Source: an archaeon (GTDB lineage Archaea; Iainarchaeota; Iainarchaeia; Iainarchaeales; 1-14-0-10-31-34). From it: 64,000 nt of DNA. This document shows positions 1 to 9,100 of this stretch, piece after piece (the first letter of the stretch is position 1; each line of letters opens with the position of its first letter). The DNA lies in contig JBDRIL010000029.1 of the NCBI GenBank assembly GCA_043815885.1, positions 3,249 to 67,248 of the forward strand, read 5' to 3'. The notes under the pieces were generated by a model. The model was given only the letters and a program-made list of their open reading frames with translations, was not told where the DNA came from and made no database searches. A program made the position numbers and the translations under genes.

Positions 1-774
1 CTGCTTGTTTTTGTATTTAGGATGAACAATTTTTTCAATTATTCCGATTGAATCTTCTGTATATTCTTTTTCTGAGGCCTTTGATTTAATTATCCAGTGG
101 CCTCCAAAAGGAATGAACTTGCAATTCAATTTATTGTTTATCTCTCTGGTGAGTTTGTTGGTGAGGATGCCTCCAACAATAATCAGGTTAGAGTTCTCTG
201 AAGCAATTGATTTAATTTCTGTATCAAGAAAAACAAAGGGAAAATCAATTTCACTGCACAGAGAGCCTAAAAAAGCAGAAAACTCTACTGCCAAGTGCGC
301 GTCCCTTGCCCTTGCCTTGAATTCCCCATGAGGATCAGGGCTTCCAACAACGATTTTTGCATTGAGTTTTCCATCCTTAATGAATGGCTCAAAGAATTCT
401 TCTAAACTGCCTTTCAATTCCTTTTTCTTGGTTTTGAAGGAAAAACCCTTTTTCCTGTAATTTTTTTCTTCAAAAGGAATAAGAGAAAGGGATTCAATTG
501 AAGGCCTATAGTATTTGGCTAAAGCGCCAAGCCTTTCCTCTGTCCTGTCCAATTCAATTAAGCCGGAAGATTTCAGTTTTTTAATGTAGTAATATACTTT
601 TTGTTCATGGAGATTCAATTCCTTTGCTATCTCTGCAGGGTAAGAGGGTTTTTTGGAGAGAAGCTGGAATATCTTCCATCCAGTCTCACTGAGCAAGGGT
701 TTGAGTGACCTTACCTCAGTGAATAATTTTGTTGGAATTTCATTTCCATTATCAGAGATAAATGCAGTCATATC
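1..774 (-). CDS. wHTH (ArsR-like) transcriptional regulator, 3'-partial (runs off window start)
   Basis: Read by hand on the reverse strand from ATG (complement of 772-774): MTAFISDNGNEIPTKLFTEVRSLKPLLSETGWKIFQLLSKKPSYPAEIAKELNLHEQKVYYYIKKLKSSGLIELDRTEERLGALAKYY..., open to position 1. Absent from the ORF track because it has no stop in the window. Winged-helix signature in the first ~90 aa. Confidence 0.6.
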
Positions 775-934
775 AACCAAGGCAATTTATTAAAATATCC
801 ATAACGGTATTAATATTATTTTAATAATGGTGCTAAATATTTATAAATAAATCGCTTCCTTCTATAATTTTCTTTTTAGTGGTCCAATAAAGGATTTAAC
901 GGGATTAATATATTAGTTAAAGAGTAATTATACT

Positions 935-2704
935 GTGTGCGGAATCATTGGTTTTGTTGGAAAACAGAGGGCAGACAGAATTATCTTTAATTCCCTGAAG
1001 AAGTTAGAGTACAGAGGATATGATTCTTGGGGGATGGCTTTTCCAGGAAAGGAAAGCATTGTTTCAGTGAAAAGAGTCGGAGCAATCTCTTCCCTCCCAA
1101 AAAAAACCAGTTTCAGCAATTCCTTCATTGGATTAGGGCATACGAGATGGGCAACACACGGAGGAGTGGAAGAAAAAAATGCTCACCCATTATTTTCCTG
1201 TGATAAAAGGATTGCCGTAGTGCATAACGGGATAATAGAGAATTTTTCTTCACTAAAAAAAGAATTAATCAAAAAAGGCCACAGGTTCAGGAGTGAAACT
1301 GATTCAGAGGTCATTGCACATTTAATTGAAGAGAGAGTTAAGAGAGGAGATGGACTGTTAAAGGCAGTTGCTTCCTCCTGCAGGAAACTGAATGGAAGTT
1401 ATGCTTTCCTGGTTTTTTCCCTGGATGAACCGGAGAAAATTATTGCAGTGAGGAATGAAAGTCCTTTGATTTTAGGGATCTCCAGAAAAGGAATCTTTGC
1501 TTCCTCTGATCAACTTCCAATTCTTTCCTTTACAAATAAATTTGTTTTTCTGGATGACGGAGAGATGGCTCTCCTTGAAAAAAATTCATTCAAGTGCTTT
1601 GCTCTTCCTTCCTTAAAACCAATAAAAAAACCAATTAATTCAATCACTTCAACCATCACTACCTCCGGAAAAAAGAAGTACAGTTACTTCATGATGAAGG
1701 AGATAATGGAACAACCCACAGTAATGAAGGATGTGCTGAGGCAGGAGAAAAAGAATTTTGATTCAATAAAGAAATTACTTGCAAAAAGAAGAATATTTTT
1801 TGTTGCAAACGGCACTTCATTCAATGCAGCAATGATTGGAAGAGATTACTTCAACAGAATTGCTGGAAAGAATTCAGAAGTAATCAATGCATCCGAATTC
1901 TGTTATGAGGCAGACTTCCTTCCAAAAAATTCAGTTTTAATTGCCATCTCCCAGAGCGGGGAAACAGCTGATGTGCTTGATGCAGTGAGGGAAGCAAAAA
2001 AGAAAAAACTTCCAGTTATTTCTGTTCTGAATATTTTTGGTTCAACCCTTGACAGAATGAGTGATAAAAGAATTTACCTGAATTGCGGGGAAGAAATTGG
2101 AGTAGCTTCAACCAAAGCCTTTACTTCTCAAGTGGCAATTCTTTATCTTTTGGCTAATGCATTGAATGGAAGATTCAATGAAGGATTGAAGGAATTAAGG
2201 GAGATTCCTAAAAAAATGAAGAAAACAATTCAATTGAATCATTCTAAAGTAATTAAATTAAGCAAGAAGATAAAGAACAAAAATGACGTTTACTTTATTG
2301 CCCGTTCAATTAATTTCCCTATTGCATTAGAGGGAGCATTAAAGTTAAAGGAAATCTCTTACCTTCATGCTGAAGCATTTTATGCAGGAGAACTGAAACA
2401 CGGGACACTTTCATTGATTGAATCAGCTACACCAGTAATAGCAATTGCTCCAAGCGATTCATGCATGAATGACACAATCAGAAACGCAATTGAAGCAAAG
2501 AGCAGAGGCGCAATGGTTGTTGGAGTGAGTGACAAAAAAAATAATTTATTTGATTTACAGCTATTGCTTCCAAAAACCTCTTCCCTTCTTTATCCATTGA
2601 TTGCAGTAGTTCCATTACAGTTGCTTTCCTATTACACTGCGATTTCTCTGAAGAGAAATCCGGATAAGCCAAGGAATCTGGCAAAGAGCGTGACAGTAAA
2701 ATGA
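935..2704 (+). CDS. glmS: glutamine--fructose-6-phosphate aminotransferase (isomerising)
   Basis: GTG start then Cys2 nucleophile (MCGIIGFVG), class-II amidotransferase N-terminus, two SIS domains, C-terminal KSVTVK typical of GlmS. Confidence 0.9.
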   Translation: MCGIIGFVGKQRADRIIFNSLKKLEYRGYDSWGMAFPGKESIVSVKRVGAISSLPKKTSFSNSFIGLGHTRWATHGGVEEKNAHPLFSCDKRIAVVHNGIIENFSSLKKELIKKGHRFRSETDSEVIAHLIEERVKRGDGLLKAVASSCRKLNGSYAFLVFSLDEPEKIIAVRNESPLILGISRKGIFASSDQLPILSFTNKFVFLDDGEMALLEKNSFKCFALPSLKPIKKPINSITSTITTSGKKKYSYFMMKEIMEQPTVMKDVLRQEKKNFDSIKKLLAKRRIFFVANGTSFNAAMIGRDYFNRIAGKNSEVINASEFCYEADFLPKNSVLIAISQSGETADVLDAVREAKKKKLPVISVLNIFGSTLDRMSDKRIYLNCGEEIGVASTKAFTSQVAILYLLANALNGRFNEGLKELREIPKKMKKTIQLNHSKVIKLSKKIKNKNDVYFIARSINFPIALEGALKLKEISYLHAEAFYAGELKHGTLSLIESATPVIAIAPSDSCMNDTIRNAIEAKSRGAMVVGVSDKKNNLFDLQLLLPKTSSLLYPLIAVVPLQLLSYYTAISLKRNPDKPRNLAKSVTVK

Positions 2705-3168
2705 TTTTAAGAAAAGCAAGAAAAAGCGATGCAAAAGGAATTGCAGAAGTAATGATTGAATTCTATAATATTTCTTCTATTAAGGAAGGAGTGAATGCAT
2801 TCAGGGAAGAAACATGTAGGGGGCATAATTTTATTGTAGCGATTGAAGGAAAAAAAGTGGTTGGATTTACTTCCTGGCTGGCGCATGGTTTGGCTAAACA
2901 CGGTCTGGCTGAATTGGACAGGATTGCTGTATTGGAGGAACTGAGAGGAAAAGGAACTGGAAAAAAACTATTCAATTTTCTGGAGAAGGAAGCAAAGGAA
3001 TACTACAAAAAAAGAAATTCAAGATTAAGAAAATTATTCATTTTAACGCATGCCTCAAATACAAAAGCTCAGGCATTTTATTCCTCGCTTGGATTAAAGC
3101 ATGAAACAACATTAAAGAATCATTATTATGCAGGGGAAGATGAATTCGTTTTCAGTAAATTTTTTTAA
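2701..3168 (+). CDS. GNAT-family N-acetyltransferase
   Basis: 155 aa; acetyl-CoA binding motif region RGKGTGKKLF; start overlaps glmS stop (ATGA). Confidence 0.7.
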   Translation: MILRKARKSDAKGIAEVMIEFYNISSIKEGVNAFREETCRGHNFIVAIEGKKVVGFTSWLAHGLAKHGLAELDRIAVLEELRGKGTGKKLFNFLEKEAKEYYKKRNSRLRKLFILTHASNTKAQAFYSSLGLKHETTLKNHYYAGEDEFVFSKFF

Positions 3169-3182
3169 TGAAGGTTTTTTGA

Positions 3183-4880
3183 ATGAAGATAAAGGCAGTT
3201 ATTTTTGATTTGGATGACACTCTTTTTGACTGCAGTGGAATGCTTGTAGAGAATGCAAGAAAACGCTCAGTAAAGGCAATGGTTAAAGCAGGACTGAATC
3301 TCGGCGAAAAGGAATTAATGCAGGAACAAAAAAAAGTATTGCAGGAAGATCCAAAATGTGATGTATTTGAATTAATTTTAAGGAACGCCAAGTTGAGTGA
3401 AAGAGAAAGAAAGAGGATTAAGAAGGCTGCACTGAAGGCATATAATTCAGATGTAGTTGAAAAAATAAAGCTCTTTCCAGATGTAATGCCTACTTTAAGG
3501 GAATTAAAGAAGAAAAAAATCAAGCTGGTAATAATTACCTCCGGCTTATACAGAAGACAGATGAAGAAAGTCAGGTTATTGAAGCTGAATAAATTAATGG
3601 ATTTAGTTTTAGTGCATGATATAGAGAAAGATCCCTCATTTTATCAGGAGCATTTTCTTGATGCACTAAAAAAATTCAATTTAAAGTCCTCTGAAGTGGC
3701 AGTGACTGGAGACAGGCTTTATGCAGAGATAAAGACTGCCAACAAGCTAGGAATGCATTCAATTCAGTTCATGCATGGAAGATTCAGGAAACTTAAACCA
3801 GAGAATGAATTAGAGAAGGCTGACTATAAAATCAGAAAGATTTCTGAAGTATTAAATATAATCAAAAAAATTGAGTCTCTTCCAACAAAAAAGGAATTTG
3901 AGGAACTGAAAGTAGTGGCAATTGGAGGAGGTACTGGACTGCCAAATGTATTGTTTGGATTAAAGAAATTTACTGCTAACCTTACTGCAATAGTTACTGT
4001 AACTGATTCAGGCAGAAGTTCGGGGAGACTGAGAAGAGAACTGAATGTATTGCCTCCAGGAGACATAAGGAATTGTTTGGTAGCGTTAAGTGATTCAGAA
4101 AAATTAATGAAGGACTTGTTCCAGTACAGGTTTTTTGGAGAGAATGAATTGAATGGCCACAGTTTTGGAAATTTATTTATTGCTGCTTTGGCTAAATTAA
4201 CTGGTTCTTTCGAAAAAGGAATTGAAAAGGCAAGCAATATCCTTGCAATAAAGGGAAGAGTGCTTCCTTCAACACTGGAAGACGTGTATCTTTGCGCTGA
4301 ATTAAAGAACGGAGAAATGATTGAAAGAGAGGAAGTAATCAGAAGCAAAGCCCTTCCAATAAAAAAGGTCTTCCTAAAACCATCAAATGCAAAACCACTG
4401 AATAAAGCAGTGAAAGCAATAATGGACGCAGATGCAATAGTTATTGGGCCGGGTTCATTGTTTACCTCCATTATCCCGAATCTCTTGGTTAATGGAATTC
4501 CTGAAGCAATAAAGAAATCCAAGGCAAAAAAGATTTATGTATCCAATATAGTTACCCAGCCAGACCAAACAAAAAACTTTACAGTCTCTGAACACGTAAA
4601 AACAATAGAAGAATATTTAGGAAAGAGAGTAATTGATTTTGTTATAATTAACAATATGCCCCCTCCAAAAAATTTATTGAAGAAATACAGGGAAGAAGAT
4701 TCAGGTTTAGTGAAGGCCAACAAAAAGGAATTAAAGAAAATCAATGCAAAAATAATTGAAGAAAACCTGATTGAAAAAATAAAGGAAGAAAAAAAACCCC
4801 TTCTATGGGAAAAAAAGTATTTATTAAGGCACGATCCATTCAAACTGGCTGAATGCATTCTGAGAACAGTGAAAGAATAG
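3183..4880 (+). CDS. HAD-superfamily hydrolase fused to YvcK/CofD-like (UPF0052, gluconeogenesis factor / 2-phospho-L-lactate transferase family) domain
   Basis: N-terminus has HAD motif I (VIFDLDDTLF). C-terminal half has VVAIGGGTGLPNVLFGLKKF...VTVTDSGRSSGRLRRELNVLPPGDIRNCLVAL, typical of the YvcK/CofD family. Confidence 0.7.
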   Translation: MKIKAVIFDLDDTLFDCSGMLVENARKRSVKAMVKAGLNLGEKELMQEQKKVLQEDPKCDVFELILRNAKLSERERKRIKKAALKAYNSDVVEKIKLFPDVMPTLRELKKKKIKLVIITSGLYRRQMKKVRLLKLNKLMDLVLVHDIEKDPSFYQEHFLDALKKFNLKSSEVAVTGDRLYAEIKTANKLGMHSIQFMHGRFRKLKPENELEKADYKIRKISEVLNIIKKIESLPTKKEFEELKVVAIGGGTGLPNVLFGLKKFTANLTAIVTVTDSGRSSGRLRRELNVLPPGDIRNCLVALSDSEKLMKDLFQYRFFGENELNGHSFGNLFIAALAKLTGSFEKGIEKASNILAIKGRVLPSTLEDVYLCAELKNGEMIEREEVIRSKALPIKKVFLKPSNAKPLNKAVKAIMDADAIVIGPGSLFTSIIPNLLVNGIPEAIKKSKAKKIYVSNIVTQPDQTKNFTVSEHVKTIEEYLGKRVIDFVIINNMPPPKNLLKKYREEDSGLVKANKKELKKINAKIIEENLIEKIKEEKKPLLWEKKYLLRHDPFKLAECILRTVKE

Positions 4881-4882
4881 AA

Positions 4883-6100
4883 TTATTTTTTTGGCTTCAT
4901 TACGATTAAAGTGTAGTTTTTTTCTTTCAGGAAGTTCTTTGCTGTTTCTTGTACTTGTTTTGAGGTAACGGAATGAATTCTTTTAAGGAAGTCTTTTGTG
5001 TACTTTACCTTGTTTCTCTTGTAATTAATCAGGTTTAAGGCTAAATCAAAATTGTTTTCTTCTGTGAGAAGCAGTTTTCCTTCAATGTATTGTTTTGCTT
5101 TATTCAATTCTTCTTTGGTTAGTTTTTTTTCTCTTAAGGCCTTTATTTCTTTTTCAATTAATTCCTTTACTAAAGGAATCTTTTCTTTTCTTGCCCCAAC
5201 ATACACGGCAAAGTAACCGAAGTAATTTCCTGCCTCTAAATGTGATTGTACTGCATAAGCAAGACCTCTCTTCTCCCTTATCTCCTGCATCAGCCTGCTA
5301 CTTAACCCACCCCCTAAATGAGCATTAATTACTTCCATTATATAGTGTTCTTTTTTAGTGGAAGGAGTGACCTGAAAACCATAAATTAAATGCGCCTGGC
5401 TTAATTCCCTTTTAATTAATTTGTTTCTTTCAGTTATTTTTTCTTTCCTGAATTCCTTTACATCTCTTGGTTTCTTTTTTTTCGTGGAAAATGATTCCTC
5501 AATTTTTTTCTTTACTTTCAATGGATTAATGTTTCCTACAACTGAAACAATTATGTTTGAAGGAGTGTAAAATTCATTAAAGTAATCAATGATGTTCTTT
5601 CTGCTGATTCCTTTCACTGTTTTCTTTGTTCCAATAATGCTCTTCATTTTATTGTCCTTAAAGCAGAGCTGCTGGAATAAATCAAAGAGGTAATTCGGAA
5701 CATTGTCCTTTATCTGGCTTATCTCTCTTAGAACAATCTTTTTCTCTAATTTAAGGTTTTTTTCCTTGAACAGGGAATTATTCAGGCAGTCCTGCAATAC
5801 GTCCAGTCCTTTACCAAAGTGCTTGTCCTGGACTTCAACAAAGAAACAAGTCATTTCATTGGAGGTGAATGCATTAATCTTTCCTCCAATTTTGTCAATC
5901 TCTTCAGCCAGTTCTTTCTTGTTTCTTTTCTTGGTTCCAGTGAAAGCCATGTGTTCAATTAAGTGAGCTATTCCTGAATGTTTTGTTTTCTCAAAAATTG
6001 AACCAAAATTAATTGAAATAAGGATTGCAACAGAATTACTGTCTTTTCTTTCCTTTACAAGCAGATTCAATCCATTACTCAAAACGAATTCTTTGATCAT
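4883..6100 (-). CDS. M16-family zinc metallopeptidase (insulinase-like)
   Basis: Inverted zinc-binding motif HLIEH (GIAHLIEHMAFTGT); two-domain M16 architecture; 405 aa. Confidence 0.8.
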   Translation of the reverse strand: MIKEFVLSNGLNLLVKERKDSNSVAILISINFGSIFEKTKHSGIAHLIEHMAFTGTKKRNKKELAEEIDKIGGKINAFTSNEMTCFFVEVQDKHFGKGLDVLQDCLNNSLFKEKNLKLEKKIVLREISQIKDNVPNYLFDLFQQLCFKDNKMKSIIGTKKTVKGISRKNIIDYFNEFYTPSNIIVSVVGNINPLKVKKKIEESFSTKKKKPRDVKEFRKEKITERNKLIKRELSQAHLIYGFQVTPSTKKEHYIMEVINAHLGGGLSSRLMQEIREKRGLAYAVQSHLEAGNYFGYFAVYVGARKEKIPLVKELIEKEIKALREKKLTKEELNKAKQYIEGKLLLTEENNFDLALNLINYKRNKVKYTKDFLKRIHSVTSKQVQETAKNFLKEKNYTLIVMKPKK

Positions 6101-6106
6101 AGAAAT

Positions 6107-9100
6107 TCACTGCACTACCTTGCCTGTAATTGCATCAATTCTCGCTTTTCTTTCCTTTCCATTTTCTTCCAGTGAAACGTAATAGAACGGCCTGTAAACC
6201 AGACTCACTTTTTTCACTATCACTGTCTTCCACATTTTCTGGAGAGACTTAATTACTTTTTCTTCAGAGAAATTAGCTTCGACTATTGAGACATTCTTTA
6301 ATTCAACCAAAGGCAATTCATTCAATGAATCAATCAATGAATGCCTTGAGTCAGGAGGAAGTTCTATCTCTCTGTTAAGGAAATAGGAGACCTTTCCCTC
6401 AGAACTAACTCTATCAACCAAACCCTTTTCAGTTAAATTGCCTAGAACTTTTTTTATTCTTGTTTCAGAGTAATTCTCTTCCTCCAGTTTTTCCTCCATT
6501 CCTTTCCTTTTAATTAAGCCAGCAAATACCTCTAACTGCTCTTCATCCAATTCCATTACCTTATTGAAGCCTCTTGATTCAATGAATTCATCATTCTTTA
6601 CGTGAATGAATTCCCCTGTAATGGCATTAATGAAACACGTAGTTGCAATGAATTCCTTGCTTTTGTTGAAGTCATTGAATGAAATCTTATAGACTGGCTC
6701 AAAAATAAGTTGAAGTTGCTTTACCTGCTCTTCCTTTCCAACCAACCCAAACCTTTTCCTTTTCCTTACCTTATTAACGATTTTCTTTGCTTCCTCTTCC
6801 TTTAATCTTAATGGAAATGAAAGAATGCTTTCCCTCTCTACCTTCTTTTCTTCCTGCTCTTTTATTCTTTCCTCTGCTTTTTCCTGTGCTTCCTTTATTA
6901 CTTCCTCTTTTTCCTTTAATTTTTCTGCAAGAACGACTCTGTCTGGTTCAATTACTGCCTTTCTTTCCTCCAATAAATCCAGTACAGAGGAAAGCATTGC
7001 CTTTGCCTTGTACTTGCTGTTCAATGAATTAATCAATTGATTGATTTTATCCATTCCTATTTCTCCATCCCTTCCTAATTCCCTGAACGCAATTTCCATT
7101 GCAAGGTTTTCCACCTGTTCCTTGCTCAGGCTTTTAACCAAAGAAATGGTTTCTGCATCCCTTCCCTCGTGCTGCGACATTCTTGGGCGGATACTCATCA
7201 CAAACGCTCTGCTTGTTTCCTCTCTCCTGTCACCAGTGAGAGCATAACCTATTGGAAGGCTTCTAATGAAATTGCTTTTCTTGTATTGGTGGGGAATGAT
7301 TGTAGGAATTCTCTTGTAAATAGCCTTTATGTCGTCATCAAAAACCAGTTTATGAGTCAAAAGAATATCCAATTGAGACAACACCCTTGTATCAATTGCT
7401 GATGGCTGCTGTGTAGCAAAAACTATACTGCAACCAGGCCTTCTTCCCTGCTTAACATACTCCACCAACGCATTTGTGGCAGGAGTATTTACATTTCCTG
7501 AAGGAATTAAGGTGTGGGCTTCATCAATAAACATCCAGGTAGGAGGAATATCTGTTTCAAGCAATGCATTCATTGAAGTAGCCTTCATTTTATTCGCTGA
7601 TTCTCTTCTAGTGGAAAGCTTTCTCGCTGAAAGAATTCTCCTTGCAAGAATTCCAATAACCAATGCAGTAACATTTGCTTCAAGAAAACTTGTATCCAAT
7701 ACAGTCAACTGGTTTTCTCTGGAGAGTTCCCCCAAAGGAGTTCCCTTTTCATCAAAGATCCCCCAGGACTTCGCTGCCTCAAACCTGCTGACTAACGCCC
7801 TAATGGAATCCTGTTTGTAGCCTCTTTCCCTGCTATTCAATTCTTCATCTGTCTCCAGACAGTTTATCATGCCATCCAGAGAAAAACCCTGCTTGTTTGC
7901 CTTAACGTATTTTCCTTCAATTGTCTTGTATCCATGCTCTACTTTTTTAATTACCTTATCCAAAAGCAAGCCGCTTGGACCAAATCTCTCCATTCCAAAA
8001 GTCAAACACCAGTCCTCTGAGGTAAGCAGTGAAGGCTGAATTGAAAAGGTTGCATCATAAGTGTTTTTTGGAGTTTCATTCTTCATTCCTGCTGGAATGA
8101 ATACCTTAAGGTTATCAAGGCCTTGAGGTTCTAACCCCCACTCAATCAATGCACTTAATTCCTTTTCTTCCTTGTTTGCATACTTCATGCTCCAGAACAC
8201 TCCAATAGGATCAATTACTACTATTCCAACATTGCTGTTTTTCAGTGCCAGTTCCTCTGCAATCACTCCAAGAACGTATGAATTATGAACAATTATATCG
8301 TTTGCAACAAAATTATAGTATTCTGGAACAGAAATATCATATACATCTTCTCCAGGAATTTCTTTTAACTCAGTTACCTCATCCCAAAAAATATCTGATT
8401 CTGCTATCATCTGTACTCCTTTATTCCCTTCAATCTGAGCCATTCTCAGTAACTTTTTTCTGGAAGGCGCGTAAGTTAAGGAACTATGGACGTAGTTTGG
8501 ATTATAACCCATTGCTCTCGAAGCAGCCTTACAATTTTTTGGTCTATAAATGCCCCAGATTTCTTTCGGAATAGTGTCTACATTTGGATTTCTTGAAACC
8601 TCAAGCATGTCTTTTATTGCATTTTCCTGTTTTAGTTCTTTTACCCCAAAAAAACCGATTTCCTGAATGAATCTGATTACACTTTCAGATGAAATAACTA
8701 ATTCAAAGGAATTGAATTTTTTCTCGTTACATTTGACTTTTTTGAACCTAAGCCTAGAGAGTATCCCAAATCTAATCAAAAGATTCTGCACTTGCCTTAT
8801 CATTTTATCTGAAGAACTAGAATAAGAAACCTGCCAATTATTTTTTCTTCTACTTATCGGATGAATACTGCCGTCACAACTGAAAAGCCTGTTCAGGAAT
8901 AATGCCAGCTGTTCTTTAGGAAGTTTTAATACTTCTTCTGGAATAACTTTCTCCTTTGTTAGCTTTCCATATAATCCAATGCTTTCAAACCATTTTGCCA
9001 GAGAACTCTTTTGCGCGACAATAAACCCTTTGCTTGTAAATTGCCCTTTTTTGTTTCTAACAACATTTGTTAAATCAATTGGTTTCTTTTTTTGTGCAAC

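Noticed and set aside
113-331. Plus-strand 72-aa ORF
   Set aside because: It lies antisense within the partial wHTH regulator gene on the minus strand.
3824-4858. Minus-strand ORFs of 232 and 107 aa antisense to the HAD::YvcK gene
   Set aside because: These are S/F/I-rich low-complexity antisense translations of a K/E-rich gene. The sense strand carries clear conserved domains.
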